Shown piece by piece: positions 1 through 10,257 of a stretch of DNA of 64,000 bases. The position numbers and the translations under genes are program-made. Source of the stretch: Patescibacteria group bacterium (GTDB taxonomy: Bacteria; Patescibacteriota; Microgenomatia; Daviesbacterales; UBA10151); the NCBI GenBank assembly GCA_038064895.1, contig JBBTSA010000010.1:118616-182615 (forward strand), in the 5' to 3' direction. Each line of letters starts with the position of its first letter. Position 1 is the stretch's first letter. The notes under the pieces were generated by a model that was not told where the DNA came from, did not search any database, and saw only the letters and a program-made list of their open reading frames with translations.

Positions 1-987
1 TGTTGTAAGAGAGATTAAAAAACCCGGTATAAAAAACATAAAAGTTAACCAGGGTAATATTAAGAAAAAGGGATTTAAAAAAATCTCTCCAAGTTCTGAA
101 TTTGTATACAAGTAAAATGGGTTGATGCCTAGTAAGCTAAAGGGTATAACTGACTGATTACTAATAGAGATTAAAGTCGATATATTACTGGATGCTGAAT
201 GTTGGGTTGAAACCAAAGGGGGTACGACTTTTATCGCCGGCCACAACCACCAGAAATGAATACAAAGCATAGCAATCAATCCTATAAACATTCTAAAGGA
301 TATTGACTTTAAGTTATTGAATCCTTTCCAAGGTATAAATACTTCAAATGCAGATATCAAAAAAATAAGCAAAATAATTGTGACAATAAAGGCCAATGCT
401 CCAAAAAGAGAAACAGCAAGAAAGTTAATCAGTAAAAAAATAAGTAAACTCGATGGCTTTCCTTCTCTAATCCACTTTCCCCAAAAAATAAAAAAGAAAG
501 GTAATGCTGCCATCAGTACAAATGTGTTATGAATAAACCTGTGCCAAACTTGAATCATCATGTATGGATTAAACATGTAAAAAAGACCTGCCAGTATTGC
601 CAAAATAACTTTCTCCTTCCCAAGGATACTCAAAGCCAAAAGAAACATTCCGTAACCTGAAAGAAAAAGAATTAACCAAAAAAGTACCGCCTGAATAGCA
701 ACATACGAGAGGCCAACTTCCTGGAAAAGTGATTGAAAAAGTTGTAGAAGTACAGAAGTCAGACCATGCGGAACAGTGGTACCAGGGGCAGCTGCTTCCC
801 ACCATATATATTTTGTAATATCCAAGATTCTTTTTGGATCATAAGATGGCAATCCTACATCTCCTCCACCGTAAAGCAAACCATATTTAAACCAGGAAAA
901 AATAATAATAGTACTAATGAAAGCAAAAAATAAAACTGCCAAAAAATAACTATTAACAAATATTTTTTTAAACTTTTTCACTGACAT
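1..987 (-). CDS. Polytopic membrane protein, GT-C-like (AftD/YfhO-like; family C), 3' end runs off the window
   Basis: Not in the ORF track; translated by hand from ATG at 987: MSVKKFKKIFVNSYFLAVLFFAFISTIIIFSWFKYGLLYGGGDVGLPSYDP...FYMFNPYMMIQVWHRF...HFWWLWP. Open to position 1. Motifs match 7077..9215 (FAGGEEGIPFYD, FYLLNPFSMTQIWGR, HMWWIYP). Confidence 0.8.
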   Translation of the reverse strand, partial: MSVKKFKKIFVNSYFLAVLFFAFISTIIIFSWFKYGLLYGGGDVGLPSYDPKRILDITKYIWWEAAAPGTTVPHGLTSVLLQLFQSLFQEVGLSYVAIQAVLFWLILFLSGYGMFLLALSILGKEKVILAILAGLFYMFNPYMMIQVWHRFIHNTFVLMAALPFFFIFWGKWIREGKPSSLLIFLLINFLAVSLFGALAFIVTIILLIFLISAFEVFIPWKGFNNLKSISFRMFIGLIAMLCIHFWWLWPAIKVVPPLVSTQHSASSNISTLISISNQSVIPFSLLGINPFYLYTNSELGEIFLNPFFLILPWLTFMFFIPGFLISLTT

Positions 988-2575
988 CCTTGTAAGCTAT
1001 AAAAGTATAATCACAAAGTGGCGGAAATAAATAATAAATAGGGGTAGCGGCAATATTTAAGGCATAGAAGAATTTTCTTATTATATCGCTATCAATTTTA
1101 TGAACAATTCCCTGATCACCGAGTAGCCATTTCCATCCGTATTTTTTTATCTTATATCCCCTTTTTTTAAATTCATCAGGAGTAAAGGCAGATTTATGCA
1201 GCTGCCAGATATTACCATCCTCAGCCGGGTGGTAGTGCTCGCCGATAGGAGTAGCAATTATCACCTGTATCTTTGCTATCCTTTCCATATTTTCTAAAAC
1301 TTTCCAGGCATCTTTTTCATCCATATGTTCAAGCACATGAGAAGCAATTACTACGTCAAAGGATTTTGGTGGAAATTTAACTTTTCTAATATCCTTTTGA
1401 ATATATTCATCATGAATTTTATTGGCCTTACCATAAGCAATATAAGGTTCAAAAAGATCTACGCCCACACTGTGACTAATTTTCATACGCAGTTTAATCA
1501 TTTCCATTGGTTTACCTTGACCGCAACCCAAATCAAGAATACTCTTAGCTGAATGATCTATTACCCAAGGCAACGGATCAGTCATTCCCATTAAATAAAT
1601 TTTGAGTGGATCCAATTTCTTATCTAAACTATTATAAGCTCTATTAATAAATGAGCTAAACGGATAAATAAGGCAATACGTTAATCCTGATGTAAAACCT
1701 AACCAGTATTTAATGAGGATGTCAAATCTTCTGCTGCTTAAAATGATCAAGGAATGAGCTATGGTATATGCCGGGAGCAGTATGAAAAAAAATACCAGAT
1801 TTTGGGGAAAAGGTGAGTGTTTACGCATAAAAATCATCTTATTTCTAGCAACTCTGTATGCTCTTTCAGGAGAGGTAATCCCCAACCATTCAATCCAGGG
1901 ATGGACATAGGAACTTTTTTTACCTTGGTGCCAGGTCTTGGCTTCAGAATAATAATAAATCTTAAACCCTGCTTTCCTGGCCCTAAAGGAAAAATCACTA
2001 TCTTCGTAAGGGATAAAATACTCCTTATCATAGTTACCAATTTTATTAAAAACTTCCCGTTTGACCATCCATACGCAACCGCACATTGGCACTTCCAGAA
2101 GTCCTCTATATTGTCCACGATCTTCTTCTCTTACTCCCCAAGCATTCACTCTACCTGTCAGCAAATCTATATCATGGCCTGCCCCTTGCAACATATTTTT
2201 TTTCTGCTTGTCATACAGAAGCGGCGCAATAATCCCTGCATCTTTTCTTTTTTCAAAAGCCTCTACCAGTTGCTTAATCATATCGACCTCCGCATAAGAA
2301 TCGTCATCTGCAAAAAGAACAAAGTCACCTGTTGCAAGTTCCAGCCCCTTGTTTCTACCTTCAGCTGCTCCCAAATTAACATGACTTGTTACCAGTTTAA
2401 CTTTAGGATATTTTTTAGGTAGCCAGGTTAAAAGTGGAGGACGCGAAGCATTATCTACCACAATAACCTCAATTTTTTTATATGAGGATTTAAAATAAGA
2501 GTCTAAACACTCTATTAAATCTTTTTTTCTGTCTTTACTAACTATAACTACAGAAACTAATTTTTGATTTTGCAT
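968..2575 (-). CDS. GT2 glycosyltransferase fused to a C-terminal class I SAM methyltransferase
   Basis: N-terminal SVVIVS..VVDNAS..NLG..FADDD..YEDSDFSFRA. Hydrophobic middle. C-terminal ILDLGCGQG, FDVVIASHVLEH. Start moved to ATG 2575 (TGGTATACT upstream). Confidence 0.88.
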   Translation of the reverse strand: MQNQKLVSVVIVSKDRKKDLIECLDSYFKSSYKKIEVIVVDNASRPPLLTWLPKKYPKVKLVTSHVNLGAAEGRNKGLELATGDFVLFADDDSYAEVDMIKQLVEAFEKRKDAGIIAPLLYDKQKKNMLQGAGHDIDLLTGRVNAWGVREEDRGQYRGLLEVPMCGCVWMVKREVFNKIGNYDKEYFIPYEDSDFSFRARKAGFKIYYYSEAKTWHQGKKSSYVHPWIEWLGITSPERAYRVARNKMIFMRKHSPFPQNLVFFFILLPAYTIAHSLIILSSRRFDILIKYWLGFTSGLTYCLIYPFSSFINRAYNSLDKKLDPLKIYLMGMTDPLPWVIDHSAKSILDLGCGQGKPMEMIKLRMKISHSVGVDLFEPYIAYGKANKIHDEYIQKDIRKVKFPPKSFDVVIASHVLEHMDEKDAWKVLENMERIAKIQVIIATPIGEHYHPAEDGNIWQLHKSAFTPDEFKKRGYKIKKYGWKWLLGDQGIVHKIDSDIIRKFFYALNIAATPIYYLFPPLCDYTFIAYKDVSEKV

Positions 2576-2640
2576 AAAAAGCTTGGAAAGTATACCAAAA
2601 AGGTAAGACAAATAAAATTAGCTCTCTTTGTGAGTAAGGA

Positions 2641-4938
2641 TCAACTTTTTAATACCTTCCAAAGGTTAATCCCATTTCCAACTCCTGACCACATCAGTTC
2701 TGTTTTACAAGTACATATTTTTTGAGGATCTGTTTTTTCTCCTAACACTAAATAATCATAATCATCTTTTTCTCCATAATACGTTAGATCAACATCTATT
2801 TGGAAATTATAGAAACTACCATTTGATCCAGGATAATAGACTTTTCTGTCAATTAGAGCCACTCTGGTACTACGATAGATATCTTCGTGTATCTCAGGGT
2901 AGCCTTCTAAATAATACGAACCAATCTTGGGTGCAATTTGTGAAAGTTCAGCTAAAGTTCCTCCTAGATCTTTTCCATAAGTAAAATAATCATCTAAGAT
3001 CTCCAAAATTACTATATTGTTACTAGTTGTGGATTTATGAATGGGTTTAAAAAAGGAGGAATTTGATAAGTCAGGGACTCTTTGTTTGGGTAATTGAGAT
3101 ATATATGTATCATTAACAATTATATATTTAACTTTTAATTGTTTTAATAAACTAGGATTTAGAGTAAAAAATATGTCATTGTAAGTAGGGCTTGTTCCCA
3201 TCCCATAAAGCACCCTGATATTTGGTGGCCAAAGCGGTGTAAAAGCTCCTTCCTCTCTCAAAATTGAACCATAAGGAGAAGTCGTTGGAAAAGCATCTAC
3301 AAAAATTAAAATCCTATCTTGTAGCTTTATATTATCTTTAACCCACTTAAAAACCGGAAAATCTGTATTTGTGGATCTAGTGTACCAATTATAATCTGGT
3401 CTGGGATAAAGAAGTAAGAATGCTGGAATAATTGAAATTAAAAATATCCAAATAAAGATTGCCTTAAAAAAATAATTTATTTTCTCCCAAAATAAGTAAA
3501 CAAGATAAACAATATTCAAACCAGATAGATAATATGATAACCCCAGTAAACGATTGCCATTTATGTGAAGATAACCTTTGGGTACTATAGCATGATAGGC
3601 AAATAAAGCTATCAGTGACGTCAGGGACAAAATCCATAATCTAGCTACGTTATTTCTATCTTTAGTATATTTCCATAGTAAAAAAGTGCTAACAATAAAA
3701 AATAATCCAGTTCTCCAAGGCATTCCTAAGTTAAAAAAAATAAAAGGGTAATATTCTTGATTATTAATCAGTTTACTTCGTTGCTGAGCTAAGCGATCAC
3801 TCCTATAGTTCTTAGCTGATGGACCATATTCGTCAGGAGGGAAAATCAGGAGATCACTTGATGTGTGATCAGGGTTAAGGACAACATTTGATAGAATACC
3901 TCCTTGGAACACAATTAATAACACTAGTACCAGGGTAAAATTTAGAAATTTTAAAAATGATTTTCTAAAAATAGCAAAAAACATTACTAATAAAATTGCA
4001 GGAACGGTTACTATAAATGTTGATTCATCAGTTAAACCCATAGAAGCAAGCAGAACTGTAATGGTAGCTAGAAAGAAAATATTTTTTTTGGGTGAGAATA
4101 TTATTACTAGTGAGGTTATAAACATACCCAATGTTAAAATACGGTGAGGAAAAAGCATAAAGGATTCCAGAGTGGTTTGAGTGCCATAAGTTACAAACGC
4201 CTGAGGGAGAGTTGGTAGCTTTTGTAACCAATTTAAAATTGTCCCATTGAGATGTGGAAGAGCTAAACTAACCGGCCAAGCAAGCCAAATGCTCCCTAAA
4301 GAAATTAATCCAAAGGCAGCGGGTACAAAATACATTAAAAGAGGGACTTTTTTGACTTTTAAAAACCAAGTTAATATTAAAGTTAAACAAAACAGTCCGA
4401 TAAATTCAAAAAAAGCAAATAAAAATTCATAAGGAGTACCAGTAATAGTTCTGGTAGCAGCCAATAACTCAGCAAATCCTATGTGATAATTTGCCAGATA
4501 ATCAGGTTGCCAGGGAAGATGAATGGGATAATCTCCCCTGGCAAAGACTGATCCTAAGGCATAATGAGTAAAAGAATCAGCACTCATAGCAGGTCCTGAA
4601 GCAGTGATAGTTAATAGGAATATAAACCATGTTAAAGTAGATCCCCAAAAGACAAAACCTTTCTTTGGAAAATATATGGGGTCAGTTTTAGTATATTTTT
4701 TTATAAAAAATGCTCCTGTCAAAAGAATAAATAGAGAAATGTAAAAGTCAGCAGGACCTTTTATTAAGTGAGCTACTAAATTTATAAGAAAAATATAACA
4801 ACTAATCCCCAAGATCGTTCCAGAAGGTATTAATACCTGGATTCGATTTTCTGTTGTAATCCTTCTTAGGAGAACCCAACCACTCCAAAAAAGTGCAGCA
4901 ATAAAAAGAAATGTTATAGGGTAGCTTGTAAAATGCAT
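2641..4938 (-). CDS. Large polytopic GT-C-like membrane protein (family A, copy 1)
   Basis: Many TM segments. ADSFTH..RGDYP..PWQPD..YH, TDES, VPK..NGNR, C-terminal DPxxICxC. Paralog of 33161 and 55382. Confidence 0.75.
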   Translation of the reverse strand: MHFTSYPITFLFIAALFWSGWVLLRRITTENRIQVLIPSGTILGISCYIFLINLVAHLIKGPADFYISLFILLTGAFFIKKYTKTDPIYFPKKGFVFWGSTLTWFIFLLTITASGPAMSADSFTHYALGSVFARGDYPIHLPWQPDYLANYHIGFAELLAATRTITGTPYEFLFAFFEFIGLFCLTLILTWFLKVKKVPLLMYFVPAAFGLISLGSIWLAWPVSLALPHLNGTILNWLQKLPTLPQAFVTYGTQTTLESFMLFPHRILTLGMFITSLVIIFSPKKNIFFLATITVLLASMGLTDESTFIVTVPAILLVMFFAIFRKSFLKFLNFTLVLVLLIVFQGGILSNVVLNPDHTSSDLLIFPPDEYGPSAKNYRSDRLAQQRSKLINNQEYYPFIFFNLGMPWRTGLFFIVSTFLLWKYTKDRNNVARLWILSLTSLIALFAYHAIVPKGYLHINGNRLLGLSYYLSGLNIVYLVYLFWEKINYFFKAIFIWIFLISIIPAFLLLYPRPDYNWYTRSTNTDFPVFKWVKDNIKLQDRILIFVDAFPTTSPYGSILREEGAFTPLWPPNIRVLYGMGTSPTYNDIFFTLNPSLLKQLKVKYIIVNDTYISQLPKQRVPDLSNSSFFKPIHKSTTSNNIVILEILDDYFTYGKDLGGTLAELSQIAPKIGSYYLEGYPEIHEDIYRSTRVALIDRKVYYPGSNGSFYNFQIDVDLTYYGEKDDYDYLVLGEKTDPQKICTCKTELMWSGVGNGINLWKVLKS

Positions 4939-4953
4939 TCTTGATTTATAAAA

Positions 4954-5871
4954 TTACCCTCTTCTAATTTTAGGTAATGGAATATATGATTTATTATTCA
5001 AAGGATACCAAAATCCAACTATAGTGCCAAAAACCATCTCAAAGAATTTATTAAGTTGACCAAACCTTACAGTTTCAATTAAATAATAAGTTAACAGGAA
5101 TGGAATAAATAAAGTGAAGGTAAAGATATTGCCATGTTTCCTCATGAATAAAACCCTGTTTCTTCCTAAAAGGTATGCCCTGGTTAATACTCTCGGCCTC
5201 CAAATATTTGGATCTTTTGATTGATCATGATAAGCGACAGCTTCGGGTGTATACCAGGTTATAAAACCCGCCTTTTTTGCCCGTAAACAATACTCCGGAT
5301 CAAAATAACAAAGAAACCAATCTTCAAATCCGCCGATTTTGTCAATAACAGATCTTAAATAAAGCATTACTGTTCCGGAATTTTGAACCTCTTTTGCTTG
5401 TAAAAAGTTTTTCTTTAGTCCCCATCCAACTGTAACTTTTCCGGTTATTAAATTCACATTTGCTCCTGCTTGATTAACCCAATTTTTATCGGAAAGATAG
5501 AGAATCATGGGTATCACTATACCTATATCAGGGCGAAAGTCCGAAGCCTCCACCAATTTTAAAATCATATCTTTATCAACTACCACATCATCATCTACAC
5601 AAAGAATGTGATTCTTGCGCTTAGCATGGGCAAATCCCAAATTGTAACATCCGGTTTGACCAATGTTTTTCTCTCCGGCGTAAATCCATTTAACCCATTT
5701 GTATTTCTTTTTACCCTCTTGCATGACATCGTATGCAGGACTGTTATCCACAACAATTACTTCAAGTTTTGGATAATTAGAATCTTTTAAAGACTTAAGT
5801 AATCTAAAAAGTCTATTTTTTCCGTTAAATGTTGGTATAACTGCAGAAACACCAGGTAGAGACTTTTTCAT
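4954..5871 (-). CDS. GT2 glycosyltransferase (WbbL/RfbF-like)
   Basis: SAVIPTFN, VVDNS, CVDDD, IGGFED, C-terminal membrane helix. Confidence 0.9.
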   Translation of the reverse strand: MKKSLPGVSAVIPTFNGKNRLFRLLKSLKDSNYPKLEVIVVDNSPAYDVMQEGKKKYKWVKWIYAGEKNIGQTGCYNLGFAHAKRKNHILCVDDDVVVDKDMILKLVEASDFRPDIGIVIPMILYLSDKNWVNQAGANVNLITGKVTVGWGLKKNFLQAKEVQNSGTVMLYLRSVIDKIGGFEDWFLCYFDPEYCLRAKKAGFITWYTPEAVAYHDQSKDPNIWRPRVLTRAYLLGRNRVLFMRKHGNIFTFTLFIPFLLTYYLIETVRFGQLNKFFEMVFGTIVGFWYPLNNKSYIPLPKIRRG

Positions 5872-5892
5872 AACGACGGGTATTATAACGTA

Positions 5893-7080
5893 TCACGTTA
5901 TATAACTTAATACTTCATTTGCTCTTTTATCCCAAGACCAATTTTGAGTAATCATAGATTTAGCTTGATTCCCTATTTTGGAATATGCTTTTTTATCTCT
6001 TAAGAGATTCAGTATCTCTTCTGCAAAGGCTTCCATATCATTTATTGGAACTTTTACCATTCCTTTTGGGTAATATGATTTATATGAAATAAGATTAAAA
6101 CCAACTGCAGGTAGTCCGAAAGCCATTGCCTCGGCCGAAGCCATCCCTCCTGAATCATAAAAAGCAGGATGAAGAACAACTTTGCTTTGAGCAAATATTT
6201 TGTATTTTTTCTCCCCGTCAAATACATATCCAAAAAGTACAATATTTTTTTGTAAATTTAACTTATCTATCCTTTTTTTTACATTGCTCATCAATGGACC
6301 ATCCCCTATTAAGGCTAACTTTGCGTCAGATTTTTGATCAACTACCAACTTCCAAATATTTATTAACTCCACAACTCCTTTTTGTGGATGGAAACGTCCC
6401 TGAAAAACTCCGTCGTATATCTTTGGTAATTTTCCTCCGCTTTCTTTGCGAATCCAATTTCCAATTTGTTTAAAATCAACTGCCCCCAATACTACTATTA
6501 CCTTTCCGCTCTTTTCCATGTCAGGAAACTGTTTTCTCTCATCTTCATTATTTACCAATACAAAATCTGCAAACTTTTTTATTAGAGGTTTAATAGGCAG
6601 TTGTACAAACCAGTATAAAAATGCATGCAATCTATATGAAAGAACTCTTTCTCCTTCTTTAAAACCCACCAGAGGATTTGGGGCTGTTTGAAACCACGTA
6701 GCCACCCAGGTAATCTTTGGAAACCTAAGCTTCCAAATCACTGCCGGCAAGGAATCCATCCAGAACTCCGAGGCCGAATACACAACAGTATCTTTTTCAT
6801 TTTTTAATTTGGTTGTGAGAGAAAACAAAATTGCAGATAAAATTACGGCAACATAATTTATAACAAATCCTAAATACTTCCAGGGGCTCATCTTTATTAC
6901 CATAAAAGTTACATCTTTACTGCTTAAACTTTGTCTTTTATACATTTCATAGCCTTCTTCCCAAACATAAATAGTAACCGGGTATAACCTGGCCCATCTT
7001 TTAGCAAATTCAGTCGCTATTCTGTCGCAGCCGGAAATCCCCTTTCCCTGTGCTGTCATACCAATCATTATAATATTCAT
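5893..7080 (-). CDS. GT4 glycosyltransferase
   Basis: GRFHPQKG, DSGGMASAEAMAFGLP. ATGA overlap with the upstream gene supports start 7080. Confidence 0.9.
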   Translation of the reverse strand: MNIIMIGMTAQGKGISGCDRIATEFAKRWARLYPVTIYVWEEGYEMYKRQSLSSKDVTFMVIKMSPWKYLGFVINYVAVILSAILFSLTTKLKNEKDTVVYSASEFWMDSLPAVIWKLRFPKITWVATWFQTAPNPLVGFKEGERVLSYRLHAFLYWFVQLPIKPLIKKFADFVLVNNEDERKQFPDMEKSGKVIVVLGAVDFKQIGNWIRKESGGKLPKIYDGVFQGRFHPQKGVVELINIWKLVVDQKSDAKLALIGDGPLMSNVKKRIDKLNLQKNIVLFGYVFDGEKKYKIFAQSKVVLHPAFYDSGGMASAEAMAFGLPAVGFNLISYKSYYPKGMVKVPINDMEAFAEEILNLLRDKKAYSKIGNQAKSMITQNWSWDKRANEVLSYIT

Positions 7081-9215
7081 CTTGCAATCACCTTTTTCGT
7101 ATAATATATGATACAAATTAAACTCAATAGTAGAACTGCTCCTTTAGAAATCCGCATTCCCCAATTTACATAATCTTGAGGCTTATATTTTATTTCTACA
7201 AAAAAATTACCTATTTTATTAATCTTCCAACTGTTTGCATAAGAAAAAAGTTTGTTATGTTCTTTAATTTCTAGGCCATCAATATTAACCTGCCAATTTG
7301 GATCAAAATTCTCCAGAAAATATAAATCAAAAGGTTCTTCAGAAGCTATATCAGCAATGTATAAAGTTGGGTTAATCCTTGTGTACTGTACTTTCGCTTG
7401 AGGCGAATAAATCAGGTGAATATCAGATGATATTTCTACTTTATATATATCCAACTTCCCAAAGCTATTAATTTTTTTAATATTCTTTTGGGTTTCTAAA
7501 TATTTTTCAACCGGTTCAAAGCTACCCAATAGACCTACCTCTGGATCAACATCTTTATGTAATATAATATAACGGACATTTAACTTAGCAAGTTCTTCAT
7601 AAAGATGCTCACTTCTAAACTCAGAGTGAGTAATATCAGGATCTGGTCCATAAACTAAAGGCTGAAATTTATTAAATCTTTGTAGTAGAACATTGTAATA
7701 AAGTTTAAGTGACTGGCCATTTTTGCCAATTGAGGGTCGGTCAAATATATACTCACCCGGCTCAATCCCCTGATATGGATGTTCCCAACCACTATATCTT
7801 AATCCATCTCCAGGATTTATCGGAAAATGAATTATCCTTCCATCATCTTGCTGCTCATTTAACCAATGATTTAAATCCGTGTAATAGTTCGGCACTTGTA
7901 CCCATGGACTAATTTTAATTCCTCCAGCAGTAAATTGTCCTGTCCAGATGGGCCAAAGGAAAACTCCGCATACTAAGAAAATGAGTACAAGTAATATTGT
8001 ATAAGAAGATACTGTATTTTTAAATACTCTGCCCATCTTTTTTGAGATAACAGCTACCCCAATTGCAAAAAAGGGTGCATAAGCTATAGTCAAAACAATC
8101 CCAAATTTTTCAAAGGGATTTCTAAATGCCTGAAAAATAGGGAAAGTTTTAAATATTGGCACAAACAACCATCCAGTTGGCTTATTAGCACCTAAGCAAA
8201 TAAATAAAGAAAATAAAAATAAAATTGAGAAAAACAAGAATACTTTTAACTTTTTAAACGTTTTGTAGGAAAAAAGTGCTGCCAAAGGTATTATCCAACT
8301 TATTAATATAAATGGGAGGGAAGAGTAGCTGACACCGAACTTCTGATCTCTATAAAAATAACCTTCATGTATCAGCCTCAAAAGACTATGCAATTGATAA
8401 TCTTTACTTATTCCAGTAAGAGTCCCTACATTCACTTCAGTATTATTTAAGGCCTGTGAAAATTGATTAGAAGAGATTTTAATAAAAGGATAGATCCACC
8501 ACATGTGCGATAAAACCCAACCCGCCAGCATAAACAAAAAATAAATTACAGAAAAAAAAATATTTTTTTTGTCAGGGTTTTTAATTATGTAAAAAATCAG
8601 ACATATAAATATAATTATCCAAAAAGAAAAAATATAACTGGGATTACCAAAAGACCCTGCAAAAAATACTGATGCCAAAAGTCCCAATAAACCAAAAATT
8701 AAATTTTTATTCTTAAGACCCAATATGAACATTAGTAAAACGAATGGAAATAAGGCAAAAGGAAAAAATTGTAAATATAATCCTCTTCCCCAAATTTGAG
8801 TCATAGAAAAAGGATTTAATAAATAAAAAATGGCTCCAATTAAGGGTACAAGTTTAAATAAATTGTTTTCTTTAGAGCTAAGTTCTTTACCAACTGTTTC
8901 TCGTAAGAGAAAGTAGATAGCGATAGTTCCAGCTGACATAATGATAAAAAAGTGCAGAGCTTGGACCAAGAATCCAGGCAGACCGATTAAATAAAATATT
9001 TTTAAAAAGCTAAAATAAGGTATTCTGTTTAAATTTAGTTGGGTTGGTAAACCTCCTGATATATCCTGCCAGGCATATGAAACAAATTGCATAGTTTTAT
9101 CTAAGTCATAAAAGGGGATCCCCTCTTCTCCTCCTGCAAATATTAGACCCTTTGAAAACCATAGAAAGACTATAGTAAGAATAATAAAAATTAATATTAG
9201 TAAATCTCTAAACAT
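7077..9215 (-). CDS. Polytopic GT-C-like membrane protein (AftD/YfhO-like; family C)
   Basis: About 12 TM segments, acidic GGEE loop after TM1, FRNPFEKF, LNVRYIILHKD, YfhO-like C-terminus (ENFDPNW..YANSW). Confidence 0.75.
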   Translation of the reverse strand: MFRDLLILIFIILTIVFLWFSKGLIFAGGEEGIPFYDLDKTMQFVSYAWQDISGGLPTQLNLNRIPYFSFLKIFYLIGLPGFLVQALHFFIIMSAGTIAIYFLLRETVGKELSSKENNLFKLVPLIGAIFYLLNPFSMTQIWGRGLYLQFFPFALFPFVLLMFILGLKNKNLIFGLLGLLASVFFAGSFGNPSYIFSFWIIIFICLIFYIIKNPDKKNIFFSVIYFLFMLAGWVLSHMWWIYPFIKISSNQFSQALNNTEVNVGTLTGISKDYQLHSLLRLIHEGYFYRDQKFGVSYSSLPFILISWIIPLAALFSYKTFKKLKVFLFFSILFLFSLFICLGANKPTGWLFVPIFKTFPIFQAFRNPFEKFGIVLTIAYAPFFAIGVAVISKKMGRVFKNTVSSYTILLVLIFLVCGVFLWPIWTGQFTAGGIKISPWVQVPNYYTDLNHWLNEQQDDGRIIHFPINPGDGLRYSGWEHPYQGIEPGEYIFDRPSIGKNGQSLKLYYNVLLQRFNKFQPLVYGPDPDITHSEFRSEHLYEELAKLNVRYIILHKDVDPEVGLLGSFEPVEKYLETQKNIKKINSFGKLDIYKVEISSDIHLIYSPQAKVQYTRINPTLYIADIASEEPFDLYFLENFDPNWQVNIDGLEIKEHNKLFSYANSWKINKIGNFFVEIKYKPQDYVNWGMRISKGAVLLLSLICIIYYTKKVIAR

Positions 9216-10257
9216 ATAGAACCCTTTGAGGTAGCTTTCCGTCTTCGTATTTGAAATTAAAATGTATAAAATAGTATTTCCAGTTTGGATTTACCAGGCA
9301 TTTCTTAAAAATTTCATCATCTGAAACTTTCCTGATTTTACTCTGTATAAGTTTTCTTTTCTCCAAAGTATTCTTTATATGAACCAAGTGCCAAAGATAG
9401 GCTTTTGGCAATGTTGCTGCTATATTGAATCTAAGCTTTATAATATTTACAAAAAACCAAAGAAGAAGCATTAAATTAAAATTGAAAAGCATTAGGAATA
9501 AATAGGGGGCGGATAAGTTTCTTAAGAAAGAGCTAATATGATTGCGGTGATTATAGTACCAAATCTGGGGATTGGCTCCTTTCATGGTTGCACTCCACAA
9601 ATGCCATAAATTAGCCCTAGGACAATAAACAACAGTATATCCTGCAAGCCATACTCTGTGCGACAGATCACTATCATCATAAAAATAGAAGAAATCCTCA
9701 TCAAAAAGTCCGCAAAGCCGCGCGGTTTCTTTTCTTATTAGGAAACCTGCTCCATTGCAACTAAAAATATAATATTTTTGTTGATAATTACCGTTGTCCT
9801 TATTTTGTAAAAGTCCGAAATGGTATAAAAAACCCGTATAGGTTATAAAACTTCCCACGTTATGCAAAAAATTTGGATTTTTCATCTGAATTATTTTAGG
9901 TGCAACAATACCTATTTTTTTATCATTTTCTATCATATTTACCATATAAGATATTGCCCTTTTTTCTATCTTTGTATCATTACTTAAAAGCATAATATAT
10001 TTACCTTTGCAAAATTTGAAACCGAAATTAAAGCCCCCGGTTAATCCCCTATTTACTTTTAATTTAACAATTTTTATTTTTGAGTGTGGAAATTTATCTT
10101 TAATGAACCCCGATATATCTTCGGAAGATCCATTATCTGAAACTATAAATTCTAAGTTTGGATAATCCGAATTTAAAACGCTTCTTAGACAATCATTCAG
10201 CAAATCTGTACGATCGTATGTTAATATTAGAATGGAAACCAAGGGATCTTTATGCAT
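9208..10257 (-). CDS. GT2 glycosyltransferase (WbbL-like)
   Basis: SILILTY, SDNGS, LSND, GLFDEDFFYFYDDSDLSHR. Confidence 0.9.
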   Translation of the reverse strand: MHKDPLVSILILTYDRTDLLNDCLRSVLNSDYPNLEFIVSDNGSSEDISGFIKDKFPHSKIKIVKLKVNRGLTGGFNFGFKFCKGKYIMLLSNDTKIEKRAISYMVNMIENDKKIGIVAPKIIQMKNPNFLHNVGSFITYTGFLYHFGLLQNKDNGNYQQKYYIFSCNGAGFLIRKETARLCGLFDEDFFYFYDDSDLSHRVWLAGYTVVYCPRANLWHLWSATMKGANPQIWYYNHRNHISSFLRNLSAPYLFLMLFNFNLMLLLWFFVNIIKLRFNIAATLPKAYLWHLVHIKNTLEKRKLIQSKIRKVSDDEIFKKCLVNPNWKYYFIHFNFKYEDGKLPQRVLYV

